Assembly (NCBI GenBank): GCA_964016885.1
Contig: OZ024743.1
Coordinates: 228,160,001 to 228,224,000 of the forward strand
DNA from: Eledone cirrhosa
Lineage: Eukaryota
DNA length: 64,000 nucleotides
Direction of reading: 5' to 3'
In this document: positions 29,542 to 42,725 of the stretch, in pieces
How positions within the stretch are numbered: the first letter of the stretch is position 1
Layout of the letters: each line of letters opens with the position of its first letter
Notes under the pieces: model-generated
Told to the model about the DNA's origin: nothing
Database searches by the model: none
The model's input: the letters and a program-made list of their open reading frames with translations, nothing else
Made by a program: the position numbers and the translations under genes

Positions 29542-29577
29542 ACTCCTGAAGAAAGGCTAAAGTCCGACACGTCGAAC
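29542..29577 (+). ncRNA. Degenerate hammerhead-like motif (GAAA mutated to GACA)
   Basis: ACTC-CTGAAGA-AAGGCTAAAGTCC-GACA-CG-TC-GAAC, followed downstream by AATAAA; layout typical of Penelope pLTR hammerheads but the core is damaged. Confidence 0.35.
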
Positions 29578-29666
29578 TTTATTTCCCTTTTCCACATAAA
29601 GCGTGAAACTAATAAAACTTTTTGTAAATCTGTTTGTCGTTTCTTTGAACTATATATGTGTGTGTC

Positions 29667-29697
<31 letters not shown>

Positions 29698-30753
29698 GTG
29701 TGCATGTGTGTGTGTGTTTGTTTCCCGTCTTATCTGTGCTTGTTTCCCGTCTCGTAACTTAGCAGTTCGACAAAAATTGATCGATATGAATGACCAAAGG
29801 CGGTGCAGCAGGGTAGCCGAAATCTAATGACTAAAACCTATAAAAGAATTAAAGAATGCATCTGAGAGAGAGAGAGAGAGGGGGGGGGGTAGTTAACGCT
29901 ATCTTTCCGTCTGCTCTACACGCTTTTGCTGTCTCAGCAGTATCCTTTTCCTGCTATAAAGTGGCAATGTGTGACACCACCCCACCCCAACCATACCACC
30001 TTCACCGTATGCTATAGTTACTATTTCAACTTCAACACCACTACCATCATCACCACCTGCGTTTCCTTATCCACACCACCATCGCCACAGCAATCATCAT
30101 CACCATCATCACCATTAAAGCGAGAACACCAAAGGTGTCGGCTAATATAACTAGGTTATTTCCCTTGCAATAACCGCAACCACCTTCATCGCCCGCATCC
30201 ACCACAACAATCCCGTATATATAGCAAATATCAATATACACCAGAACCACAGATGTCATCAACAGCCCTCACCGTCAATACATCATCATCACCACCACCA
30301 CCACCACCACCTACACTGTCACCAGTGTCACTGACTGACTGAAAGCTTTTCCTGTTTAAAAAAAATCAAATTTGGTGGTGGTGACAGTGGTGGTAGTTTT
30401 TTTAGGGGAAAAAAGTAGGGCGAAGGAAAGGAAGGTGAAGAGACGGAGAGGAAACAAGTGAGGGAATGTTTGTTGGAGGGTTGTTGCTACTTAGCTATCG
30501 CCTATCTCCAGTCAACCTTAATTAGTAAGTGGGTAGTTATTTAACTCTTTTGTTACCAAACCTCCTGAAACCACACCATTTTCTGTGATATAAACCTGCC
30601 CATTTTAAAATGTTCATATTTATATTAACCGTCTCGGGGGTTCAATCTGTCAACTTCTACACTAAATGCCTCTTAATAAATTTTTGTTGTAGTGCACCTG
30701 GGCACTGTACACAATAATTTCATTATTATTTGTTATTATTATTAACACATTTC

Positions 30754-30942
30754 AAGGGCGGTGCATTGGCAGTATCGGTAGAGGGTCGGGCGCCATGCTT
30801 TGAAGCATAGAGTTACCTCCATTTATGATCTGAGTTCAAATCCCGCCGAGGTTAACTTTGCCTTTCATCCTTACGGGGTCGATAAAATAAAGTACTGGGA
30901 TAATTGCTGGCCTGGTGCCAAAAGTAGAAACAATTATTATTA
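30754..30942 (+). mobile_element. Full-length SINE family A (tRNA head, Nin/Deu-like core, (ATT)n tail)
   Basis: TTGGCAGTATCGGTAGAG (A-box-like), GAGTTCAAATCCC (B box), GGTTAACTTTGCCTTTCATCCTTACGGGGTCGATAAAATAAAGTAC core, tail GTAGAAACAATTATTATT. Further copies at about 15762, 24218, 31360, 40708, 44650, 47672, 47925, 48100, 59290, 63245, 63555. Core-family name tentative. Confidence 0.8.
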
Positions 30943-33617
30943 ACACATTTCATCATTCAAGAAATGTTTAAGTAATGTTCCAAACAACAGCTTACTAATG
31001 AAAAACGTTAGCTATTCTTAAATTCAAATTCTTTTGAGGTCTTGTCTGCGGGGCGCAGTCCCAACACCGCCACGCCCTAGGCCCAGAGCCCATCATCACC
31101 CCACGCACACAACCTCATTCTTCTGTGATCCCTGAGCCATACCACTTCATTTTCCGTTTTTGAATATGTTTAGTGTTGTTATTTGAAATAGATTTGTTTA
31201 TGATTGTTTTTGATTTTCAGCTATTTCCAAAATTAATTGAAACATACAGGCATGTATTTCGTTAGAAGTACGGTAAGAAAAGTGGTAAGAGGACGGTTTT
31301 GATACTGACAATACTAACCCCATCCAAATATTAGAGACATGTTTGCCACCACCACCTTTAATAATGGTTCCTCATTTAGTGACAAGGCCAACAATTTTGG
31401 GGAGGAAAAAGTCGTTTAAATTGACCCCTGTGTGTTACTGGTATTTTATTTTATCGATCCGGTAAAGATGAAAGGCAAAGCTAACCTCGACAGGATTTGA
31501 ACTCAGAACGTAAAGGGCAGTTGCTAGATGTCGCAAAGCATGTTGTTCAACGCCCGAACGATACTGCCAGTCCACCACCCTACCACCTTCAGTAATGTGA
31601 AAACAAAGTTATGTAACTTTACAATATTATCATAGCATTATGGCTATAATGGAATTATGATTGGAGTATTTACAACAGCGGCTAGATTCTTGTGATGGCG
31701 GCATGGATAAAAGAAGAGAAAACTGCGTTAAAGTGTGGACCATAAAACTTGGATATCCCTGGTGGCATCAGTGTTGCCTGGCACCACTGAGAGGAATGAT
31801 GCTATCAAGAGGCACTGACATCATTTAAATCTCTAGTTGATAGCTGATGAAAGGAATGTCCCGCAGTGCGAGTTATGTTTAAAAATAAAACATCGTGGCA
31901 ATTTGTCGTCTTTTTCAATCCTCACAGGCCTCTCAAATGGAGGACTCCCACCCAATGTTAAATCCAGTGCTCCATAAATATGGTGCTCCACACTTAGTTC
32001 AGAACAACAATGTGCCCGAGTATACATATATGGTTAGAGGTCTAAGCTTATTACTTTATTTTCATTGTTGGAAGACAGTGGGTTCGAATCCTGGCGGTAA
32101 GTTATGTCCTTGAGCAAGACGTTTTATTTCACGTTGCTTCATTTCACTCAGCTGAAACATTAAGTTGTACTTGTGATTCAAAAGTCCAGCTTTGTTACAC
32201 ATTGTGTTACAATGAATCTCCCTAAAAACAACGTTAAGAAATGCTCGGTCATTTGCGAGCAGGCAGTTACTTTAATCAGACAAGTGGGACATGCATCATT
32301 GAAACCGACTGAGATCCAACGCATACATATTTCTATTGTTCAGTCTGTTTCCTTCGGCTATTGTTTAGCGTTCAGGTCAAACACGATCTCGTGTCTTTCC
32401 TGATCCGTCTGCATCAAGGGGTCAATCCTCATCCCCGTTCAGTTTTTCTGAAGTTGCTCGTATGTCTCCAGAATTCCCTCACATACCCGCCTTCCTTTTA
32501 ACTGAAAACGGCTGCCATCAGCCAGTAGATCAGCTATCTACCATCACTTTTACCACTCGTTGGACCATATAGGATTGGATAAAGTTAAATTATTTACTAG
32601 TGGCTCTTCACCAGGCCCTCAAGTTTTAGTTCTTTTATTCTATTCTGTTACATGCCTGTACATCGTATACACTTCATATTCATGTTTACATACCTGTAAA
32701 CCATGCATAAATAATGTATTTAGCGAAGGATACAAAGATATTTGGTGAGCTGTTTGAATTAGAGATTACATTTCACGCCTGTATTACAATAATTGCCCGG
32801 CGTTGACTACTACAACTAGAACGACTACTTACTGTCGTTATTATATTTCTTAAGAAAGACACCCCAATAAATTTCAAATAATTTGAAAAAAAAAATTAAG
32901 AATTTTAAGGGAACTTTCTCATCTGCTGTTTGGAACACATAATTAACAAAGGTTCTTACATAAAATTATGATGGAAGTTATAAAAATATAAACATTTTAA
33001 TATAAACAGGTTTGAATAGTAAAAGAAGTGATATATTCAGGCAGATTGGTATCAAAAGAGTTAAATACTTAGCGAACCGATATCCTGAGAAATATGCCAT
33101 CAATACTTTTCAGCTGCCTAAGATTTGCAAATACCAGATTGCTACAACTAAGACAAAGTGATTACATGTGTTTATCTTTCAATAGTTTGACATAAAAGTT
33201 GAAAATAGATGTTAACACATCTCATCTTTGCCCTTTCTCCGCCATAAAATCTGAGTTCGTTTTTTAATCTAGCAGCAACAAGAACAGGTACAAAAGCAGA
33301 ATTTCATTGTCGCTTGATATCTAAGAATTTAATCTAGTATTCTTTTTTATTCTCTATAATCAATGTGTTTACATATATTTTCCAAATTCATGTTACGGTA
33401 CACCTTTCTGTAAGGGGTAAGGAATTACAGATCTGGCTGTAAGGGAAAGTAGAAGAAAAGACTATGAAAGCCATAAATGAGAGGGAGAGGTAAAGCGAAG
33501 ACTATTCTTAGAGTATTGAAAAGTTGGAATATTTTTTTCATAAAATGAATATATAAAAAGATCGTTTAGATGAAAATTCTGCTTCATCAATACTACTTAT
33601 ATCTATCATTATACCTA

Positions 33618-34330
33618 ACTAGCTGAATGACCCCGCGTTGCCTGGGTTACTGCTGTTCTTATTCAGATTAGTAAACAATAAATATGAAGATATTTTTTTT
33701 TTTCTCATAATTATTTCAAAATATCTATATATTTTTTTAATGTATCAACATTGTCATGATAATAGAATTTGAAATGAAAATCTGTCAATCTTAAAGCACT
33801 GAAGGGGTAAACAATATCCATTGTGTAATTTTTTGTTGGTGTCTAAATGAATAAATTATAGCTGCTTCCAAATCGTGAGCAACCAACATAGAGTTGACCA
33901 TGGGAGAAACATGTAGTAGAGAGATCAAGTCCAACTACCTTGAGGGGTTGACCCTGAGATTTGATAATTGAAATAACAGAACTTAGTTTGATTAGAACAG
34001 CTGTAGGTATGAGAGGAATTTTTAGAATAAAGACATTTTTTTTCTATATTATAAACAAATAAGTATCAACATCCAAAAGAAATATATATTAATCCCTATT
34101 TTTGTATGCAGTGTAAATTAACCAATTATAAGCAAATGTATTAACTCCTAATTTAACGGCATGAGAATATAAATATAAACGAACAGACACACATACACTC
34201 ACACAAACATACACTTATAAAAACACACACACAGACATACATTCATACAAACACACACGAACAGACACGCACAAACATACATTCATACAAACACACACAG
34301 ACTTTCACCCCCAGCGTTTCATTATGTCAA
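33618..34330 (+). mobile_element. Possible Helentron-associated (HINE/Lep1-like) element
   Basis: Starts ACTAGCTGAATGACCCCGCGTTGCCTGGG and has an internal (CA/CAGA) microsatellite near its putative 3' end; ends not confirmed. Confidence 0.35.
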
Positions 34331-34516
34331 TCGTGACAGAAATGTATGTATACTCACACACATACACTCACACACATATGTGTAGATGTGTGTATGTGTT
34401 TAATTCTGTATATCTGATTAAATATTTACGTGAAGATGTGTGTGTATGTAACTTACTAAGGCCTAACATAGGTAATGAACATACAAACACACACAAACAC
34501 ATGACTTATGAAAGCA

Positions 34517-34870
34517 TTGAGATTGATGCTGTTGATGTTCAGTTTAAACTTTGTAAGTCTACTCCTGCTATAAAGACATGTGCAAGGAGAGAATTCTAGA
34601 AGGATGGCATTCTAGGGATGAGAGTCTACATGTAACGAATAGCTAGTGCAGGGCCCAGGATGGTTGAATGCAAAATGGAGCAAGACAAGTGAGGTAAGAG
34701 GGCCTGAGTGAAGGTGGCAGGAGATCAGCCAAGTCCAAGGAGCTGATGCCATTCTAGTAATGGTAGAAAGGTAGCGAGAGAGAGAAAGAGAAAGAACGCT
34801 AAGGGTTAGAGCCTGGAAGATGTTTGTCAGCGAATTTATGCCAATCAAGTGGCATTTTTATTCTAGGATA
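34517..34870 (-). mobile_element. Decayed CR1-like LINE RT C-terminal fragment
   Basis: Minus-strand pieces LIGINSLTNIFQAL and FYHY*NGISSLDLADLLPPSLRP; homologous to 59955-60365. Confidence 0.55.
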
Positions 34871-35739
34871 TAGTCTAGGATGTGGTTAGAGAGTGTAAAC
34901 AATAAAAAAGAAAGAAAGAAAAGTGAACAAAAGAATGGAATGGATATGAGTAATTGGATAAAATAGGAAAGGATGGATTGATTGAGAGAGAGAGAGAGAG
35001 TGTGTGTGTGTGTGATAGAGAGAATGAGAGAAAGAAAGAGAACAAGAGAGTGAGTGAGTGAGAGAGAATGAGAAAGTGACTGAAAATTAGAGTGGGTGAG
35101 TGAGAAAGAAAAAGAATGAAATAGAAGAGAAAGAATGAGAGAGAGAGAAAAAGAATTTTGAGATATACAAAAGATTCGGCAAAGAATATATTACCCACCC
35201 ACCAAAGAAAATAAGATAAAAAGAGAACACAAAAAAAAACCCCCCAAAGTTTGTGAATCAATTAGTTTGCGAAGAAATGATAACCAAAATAATGGCAAGC
35301 CTGTCCTTGTAGATATTTTTTTTCTATAACTTATCCCATTTCTTCTTATTCTGAGAAAACAAAAAAATCCAGATCTTAAACATACTACACCTTCTGTTGA
35401 ACCTCCACCTACTTATCCACACCACCAACTCCTATTATCTCTACTTTCCTTTCACATACATCATCGGCATTTCTCCAAAAACTTAATTTAATGATTGCAA
35501 AGACTCGATTGTTTTTCTGTGAGGAATAATCAAGATTGTCAACAGAACTTTGAACATTTACAAGGAGCTGATTTGAGGCCAAAATACTACTACCTAGTGG
35601 AGGCTATAGTAACAACATGTGTCTTTCGGCTATCCCACCATTAGACCAAGCTGTTTACATGTGCTGCAACTAACATTGTTAGCTCAGAAAATTATCAAGT
35701 TTAGAATGACTTGCTACTTCAGTTAGTGTATGCACAAAC

Positions 35740-36025
35740 ATACACAGAAACACAATATGCACACACACACACACATATATGCAACATACACACAGAAACA
35801 CAATACACATACACACACACAGATATATATGCAACATACACACAGAAACACAATACACATACACACACACAGATATATATGCAACATACACACAGAAACA
35901 CAATACACATACAGATATATATGCAACATACACACAGAAACACAATATACATTACACACAAATATATATATATATATGCATACATATTTGCATACACACA
36001 CACAGAAACACAATACACATGCACA
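35740..36025 (+). repeat. ~40-50-bp minisatellite, ~6 copies
   Basis: Unit ACACACAGAAACACAATACACATACACACACACAGATATATATGCAACAT. Confidence 0.85.
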
Positions 36026-36026
36026 A

Positions 36027-36059
<33 letters not shown>

Positions 36060-38462
36060 CATTCATACATATTTGCACACAAACACACACACAGACAGAC
36101 ACACCCTCATTCACACACACATTTATGTATGGAAGCGGTATTGACACTATTAGACTTCTGCTTGGCAAAATTTGAACATTATTTCTAAATGGAGGAAACC
36201 TTTGTTTCAAAAATCTATTGAAATTTAATAAAGGCCAGGCTAACTAAATTTACTTACAAGCACTGCAGCGACACTATTTACTCTTCAGTAGAAGGAGCTA
36301 TAACTCTATTGGAATTACTAGTTGTGATTTGGGAATGGGAAAGGTGGAGAAGATAGCTGTAGAACAAGGTTTTCTGAAATAGAGAAGGAAGGAAAAAGAT
36401 GGGTGAAGAACAAAGTTTTCTGAAACAAAAGAAAAAAAATTTATATTTGAAGAGAAATTGCACACAAAGTTTCTGTGTGCTTATGAGGCGTGAGAGAAAT
36501 TGAAGATTCGTGGAAATACAAAGAGAAAGATTTATGCTTGTGTTCAAGTAGTTTACTTGGTGTTACATATTGGTAAACAATGGTGAGTGCCATAGGAAGT
36601 CAACAATATGCCTACCCATTGTACAAAACAAATGTGTTACATACAAAAGAGCGGCTTTTGAAATGACATAGATTTATAATAACACTACAACAGGGCTTAT
36701 AGTAACAGGTATTGGTGTATTGGTGTAAAGCTGTGGATTTCTGAGATCTAGATCACATTCCTCGCCATGCAATCCCAGGATTCTACAATTCCTCTCCATT
36801 TTGAATTGCTAATTTAATAATTATTAACAGGAGCAATCCTTTCAAATAGTTGTATAATAGTCCAAAATGAAATTTTGAAGTTTCAAGGAAGTTTTTTTAA
36901 GAACTCTTCTTTATGGTTGGGTGTATTGGTATTTCATTTGATATACACACAATATACATATATAATTTTCCAAATTAGATTCTTTCCCTGACTTACATTC
37001 TTCTCCAATATCTCCCTTGGATAAAACTCCTTACCCCTGGATTTCAAATACCAGTATTAAAGAATATTGTCTGATATATATTTAAAGTGAGTGCATGAAA
37101 TTTGCAAGGCAGCCTCTTGGATATGTGGTACATATTAACTACAGTATAACAAATGAATAATAGTTAGTGAAGAAAGAAAGTAAGGGAAGAGGGACCAGGA
37201 ATTAACTGTGGTGGTGCTAAAGGTCAAATTATCAGTAGGACAATGGTTAAAGTTAAATCTTAGCTGTGAAGGAAAGAAATAGCTTTGGTGTTATCCATAT
37301 TTCATATTTTATGATGATGAATGTTCTTTTGACTACAATGTTCTTTTGTTAATGTGGGAGAAAAAGAAGACGAGGGGAGGAGAGTTGTTCATTGAGTTGA
37401 TCACGATTTAATAATTTATAATTTATACTTCAAAAGAGAACACTATTAATAATACTTCTAATACTTCATTTGTTGATAACAACGAAATTGAGCTTGGCAG
37501 TCACTTGACCAATCTCTCCACAGTTGGCTCCATTTCTACATCACAAATGTTAGTAAGAAAGTTTCTATGTGATTTACTTAAGACTTCTCTATTCAAATGG
37601 AACTTTTAAGTCATAAGAGATTCCTTGAAGGTAGAATTTGATGGTAGTTGTTGTTTTGCCCGCAAATCAGCAATAATTTAGTAGATCTTTGATCAAAGAC
37701 ATTCCAACCATGACTAATTGTTTTGTATAGACTGGACTACATATCATTCAATATGTCTTTCCCATTTTTTAAGTCAGTATGACATGACAGATTTGGCTAT
37801 TGTTTCTAGCATATCAGGGAACTATATAGAGGTTAGGTTCCCTTGTTTGGCTCTGGATGGTGGTGATAGTAATGATATGGGTAAGGTAAGTGGGTGAGAT
37901 GGTGACTTTATCCTTAGTTAAAAGGTAAGACATAGCTTATTGAAAAGGTATCTTAGTTATTTTTGACATTGCTTCACAGAATTAGAAATGAATTTAAAAT
38001 GCCAATAAGGAATGAGAAAAATGGGCATAATTGAAGTGAACTTACTTACATCACAACAAAAATTACACACACACTCTCTCCCTTCCTCACTCTTTCTCTC
38101 ATACATTCAGACACACATTCTCTCTTTCTCACATACATACAACATTTCTCACACATACACACTCACTTTTAAACAGACACACACACGCCTACTCTCTCTC
38201 TCTCACACACACACACAAACAGATTCCATGTATCCACTAATACATACATGCTTCTACACACAGGATCCCGTGTATATAAAATGAATAAAGATCTGATATG
38301 ATATATATGGTTTCTGGTACTTAAAGTTTTACTCAATTTTATCTCTCTTTTTAATAGAGTTGTGAAATGAAATTCCATTCTTGGAATTATTGCAATGGAA
38401 CTTTTATAATAAAATGCACTCAGTACACTCTGTAAGCGGTTGGCATTAGTAAGGGTGTCCAA

Positions 38463-38678
38463 GGCAGTGCATTGGCAGTATCGGTAGAGCATCGGACAAC
38501 ATGTTTAGTGGCATATAGTTATGGTTTTTTATCTCCTTAGTTCAAATCCTGCCAAGGTTAGCTTTGCCTTTCATCCTTCTGGGATCGATAAAATAAAGTA
38601 CTGTATTGGAGCCGTTTAATCAAATTTCCTCTCCCCCAAAATTGTTGGTTTTGTGTCTAAATAAGAAACCATTACTAT
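38463..38678 (+). mobile_element. SINE family A inserted into a family C SINE
   Basis: 10-bp TSD GGGTGTCCAA at 38453-38462 and 38679-38688. Confidence 0.8.
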
Positions 38679-41104
38679 GGGTGTCCAACCATAGAAATCA
38701 TGCCAAAATATAGAGTTCTCAGACCTTGACAACCTGTCCAACCCATGCCAGCTTGGAAAGTTGACAGAAAAATTATGATTATGATGATGGTGATATGAAG
38801 GTTTTTTTTTCTTTTCTATTTTCTAAACACATCTTTGCTAAAGTCCAAAGAACTATTTAGCTACAAAATGAAATAACATATTTTTAAAAATTACAAAAAA
38901 AAAAAAAAACACTTGGTTAGCCATCATTTTCTTGGGATTGGTCTTCCTCTTCCTTCACCTCCTTCTTCCTTTTCTCAATCATCATCATCATCATCATGTT
39001 AATCATAATTCATACTCTCCTCATATCCAATAATAACTCCATATAAGGAACACTTTTCTTCCACACCCCACCACTATACAACCACTGCCACAATACAACC
39101 AACATCTAGCCTATCGCCACCCACATCGCCCAAAGAAATGTTTCTTCTTCATTCCCCATGATGCTTAATGTAAGGGAGGGCAGCAGAAATAAGGAACATA
39201 TAAGAGAAAGGAAGACAAGAAAGAAGAAGAGGACATCTTTAATAAACCACTCTACATAACTCACAGATGGTATCAAAATTTTGGTTTGTTTTAGCCAGGG
39301 GTTGGGATGGGGGTTATATAGACTGTTTTGTTTTGTTTTTAACTTTTATTCTTTGTTCATTTTAGGTAATTTCCTCTTAAGCATGTCCATCATCATAATC
39401 ATCACTATGCTTCCTCTTTCTCCTCCTCCTCCTCCCTTTCATCCTTACCCTCCTCATTCTCATCATCACCTTCATCATCACTCTCATCATCATCTTCATC
39501 ACACTCATCATCAAATCCCTACTATTATACCACCACCTTCACTACATCACCTCCAGCACTATTTCACTGCCATCACTTACATCATCTTCCTTAGTTCCTC
39601 CTGATAGTGTTGTTTCAGTAAACAACTTTAGCCACAATGTTTGTATACTCAGAACACCAGTACTTTCTTTTACCAGTAAGATGGTCAAGCAGAGGTGGAG
39701 GACCCTTAAGGAGAAATATGGTGGCGGTGGTGGTGGTGGTGGTGGTGGTGGTGGTGGTGGGGATGGTGTAAGTGTTGCAGGTGATGGGGTGGTGCTTACT
39801 GATGGTATTGGTGGTGATGGTTAATATGAATTTCTCGTTTGTCATTATTTTGTCTAGTTTTCACCCCTACCTAGTAGCTTATGCAGAATAACAACAACAA
39901 CAACAACAATATCAACTAGCTTATACACAACAACAACATCAACAACTCTTGGGTCTCGAATATTTACCCCTCCTCCCAGTTATTAAGTTTTTTTTTTTCA
40001 CCCAACACAACCCAAATATTGGCCCACTCAACCCACCTCCCCATTTGAAGAGAAAGGGATGCTGATACCTCACACAAACTTATTTATGACGATGTTGTGT
40101 GAGTGTATGTGAGTATGTGTGTGTGTGTGTGTGCGCGCACATGCGTATCTGATAGGTGAGTGTATAGTTGTCCAATATGCATGTTTATGTGTGTATGTAT
40201 ATATATATATATGTAGTGCATGTGCATGTGTTTCTGAGGCTGTTAGTCTGATATGTAAGTCAGATGTGGTATGTGGGTATGCATATGTATGTATATATAC
40301 TTGGATGATAATGAGTGCATGTATATGTATGTGGTGTGTGCATATATGTGTATATATTTGTATATATGTACGTGTCATTTGGAAAACAAATAAAACTTGT
40401 GTTTAATTTTTCAAATCTTATCTGATAAATATTAAAGTTTTCGTTCACTTGCTTCCTGTAATATTTCTTGAAATTTAATATCTCTCTCTTTCTCACATAT
40501 ATATATATAAACATTATATATATATATACCTAAAGTATATAAACATTAAAGTATATAAACATTATATATATATGTGCCTAAAGTAGAAACAATTATATAT
40601 ATATAAACATCATCACCATTTAACGTCTATCTTCCACGCTAGCATATATATATATATATAAACATTATATATATACATATATATATAAACATTATATATA
40701 TATACAAAGGGTGGTGGATTGGCAGTATCGGTAGAGGGTCGGACGCCATGCTTTCCAGCATAGTTACGTCTGAGTTAACTTTGCCTTTCATCCTTACGGT
40801 GTCGATAAAATAAAGTACCAGTAATGTACTGGGTAATTGATGGCCTTGTGCCAAAAGTAGAAACAATTATATATATATACATACATATATAAACATTATA
40901 TATATATACATACATATACATATATATATAGATATGTTGGCGTTACAATGGACATCGAACTGTAGAAACCAATCCAACATCAGTTCTGTGTGAGTGAATT
41001 CACGGTCCCTCAACCTGATCCCTCACAAAGTGACAGCCCGTCCTACCTATGTTAGCATGGAAGATGTACATTAAACGATGATGATGATGATATGTGTGTG
41101 TGTG

Positions 41105-41248
41105 TAAGTCCAAGTTTCAACAGTAAGTAGAGTGTACACATCAAATTTAATATAGAAATGGCTTCTACAGGACTAGAACTGTTTCATTCGAAAGAAATCA
41201 TCAAGAAAGCCCTGATGATTTATTTTGAATTAAACAATTCTAGTCCTG
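41105..41248 (-). mobile_element. Older fold-back insertion with degenerate hammerhead-like cores in both arms
   Basis: Imperfect inverted arms 41168-41248 (CAGGACTAGAACTGTTTCATTCGAAAGAAATCATCA / TGATGATTTATTTTGAATTAAACAATTCTAGTCCTG); arm consensus CUGAUGA-UUUC(UUUC)GAAU-GAAA-CAGUU. Confidence 0.45.
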
Positions 41249-41356
41249 AATTAAATTATATATATATATATACACACACATATATACATGCACATATAGT
41301 ATATACATACACACATACATATAGCGATGTTCACAAACACACATATACAAATGCAT

Positions 41357-41563
41357 TGTTGGGGACCAAGCCCTACATATGGAGAACTGGGTTACGGAGA
41401 GAACAAGCCTCATTCCTCGACAGTGCCGCAGGAGGTGAAGACCCTGGAAGGGATCTATATCCATGGAGTCGCTTGTGGGTACGGTCACGCCCTCTACCTG
41501 GCGAGAGCTGATACTGAAGCCAACAGACGGAAGCTGGAGCGATTGCCAATATTCTCTCCATAA
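41357..41563 (+). pseudogene. RCC2: RCC2 (TD-60) C-terminal coding fragment, orphan copy, open to the natural stop
   Basis: CWGPSPTYGELGYGENKPHSSTVPQEVKTLEGIYIHGVACGYGHALYLARADTEANRRKLERLPIFSP* aligns by eye to the RCC2 C-terminus (human, recalled: SWGPSPTFGELGYGDHKPKSSTAAQEVKTLDGIFSEQVAMGYSHSLVIARDESETEKEKIKKLPEYNP). Homology starts abruptly out of a CA/TA microsatellite with no polypyrimidine-AG acceptor; no other RCC2 exons seen. Confidence 0.85.
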
Positions 41564-41677
41564 TACCACACCATTGCCCCCTGCCCCAGCCAAGCCCTTC
41601 CCTCACCTGTCATCATCATCATAACCCTTTTCCCTTCAATTCCTCTCTACACTCCCAGATCTCTCCCTCTCAAACAT

Positions 41678-42152
41678 CGGAAGGCATGTGGCCTAGTGGT
41701 TAAGGTGTTGAGACTCACTGTTATAAAGATGTCGGTTCGATACCCAGGCTGGAGCCTCTGGGTTTGATACCTAGACTGGAGCCTCTGGGTTTGATACCCA
41801 GACTGGCAGCCTCTAGGTTTGATTCCCAGGCTGGCAGCCTCTGGGTTTGATTCCCAGGCTGGCAGCCTCTGGGTTTGATTCCCAAGCTGGCAGCCTCTGG
41901 GTTTGATTCCCAAGCTGGCAGCCTCTGGGTTTGATTCCTAGACTGGCAGCCTCTGGGTTTGATTCCCAGGCTGGCAGCCTCTAGGTTTGATTCCCAGACT
42001 GGCAGCCTCTAGGTTTGATTCCCAGACTGGCAGCCTCTGGGTTTGATTCTCAAGCTGGCAGCCTCTGGGTTTGATGCCCAGGCTGGCAGCCTCTAAGGTG
42101 TTGGGACTCACTGTCATAAAGGATGTGGGTTCAATTCCCAGACTGGGAGCCT
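41678..42152 (+). repeat. SINE tRNA-like head whose B-box segment is amplified into 13 tandem 27-28-bp units plus a re-duplicated head segment
   Basis: A box GCATGTGGCCTAGTGGTTAAGG, then units GGGTTTGATTCCCAGGCTGGCAGCCTCT from 41733 to 42094; 42095-42152 repeats 41702-41758. Confidence 0.9.
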
Positions 42153-42725
42153 CCTATCGCTGAAACACCTGAGAAGAAAAACCTCCTCATATGAGGCCAG
42201 CTACATATACGCAGGTGTGAGCTGTGACAATATAAGAGAGACTTTAAACACCACCAAAAAATCTACAAGATGCAATCTTGTAGGGGCCAGCTAAACCTAC
42301 ACAGGTGTGAGTTGTAATTGTAGGATATGACAGGGGGTCGTTTCATTAAAACACCCAAGTGTCCTCCTATGAAGTACGACATTGTATGAAGCCTGCTAAA
42401 CCTACATAGGTGTGTGTTGTAAGAACATGGTAGGTTTAGGGACCCTATCATTAAAACACTTCATAAACCTCCTATGAGATACAATGCTAGCTTAACCTGC
42501 ATTGGTAGGGGCTGTAACAACATGATAGCCCAATGGTCCCTATCATTAAAACACCTAGGATATTTCCTATGAGATAACTTTGAATTTCATGATAGGTCTT
42601 GGGCCCTTATCATTAAAACACTTTAGAAACCTCCAATGAGATAACAACCTCATAGGAGGCTAGCTAAACCTGCATTGGTAGGGGCTGTGACATGATAATA
42701 CAAGACCCCTATCAGTAAAAACCCC
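42153..42725 (+). repeat. Degenerate ~70-105-bp tandem repeat, ~6 copies
   Basis: Recurring CTATCATTAAAACAC...CCTCCTATGAGATA...GCTAAACCT...GCTGTGACATGATA motifs. Confidence 0.7.

Noticed and set aside
30754-30850. tRNA genes
   Set aside because: A/B-box segments lack a cloverleaf and continue into SINE cores.
41733-42094. 28-bp repeats as a CRISPR array
   Set aside because: Units are contiguous with no unique spacers, no cas genes, eukaryotic context; derived from a SINE B box.
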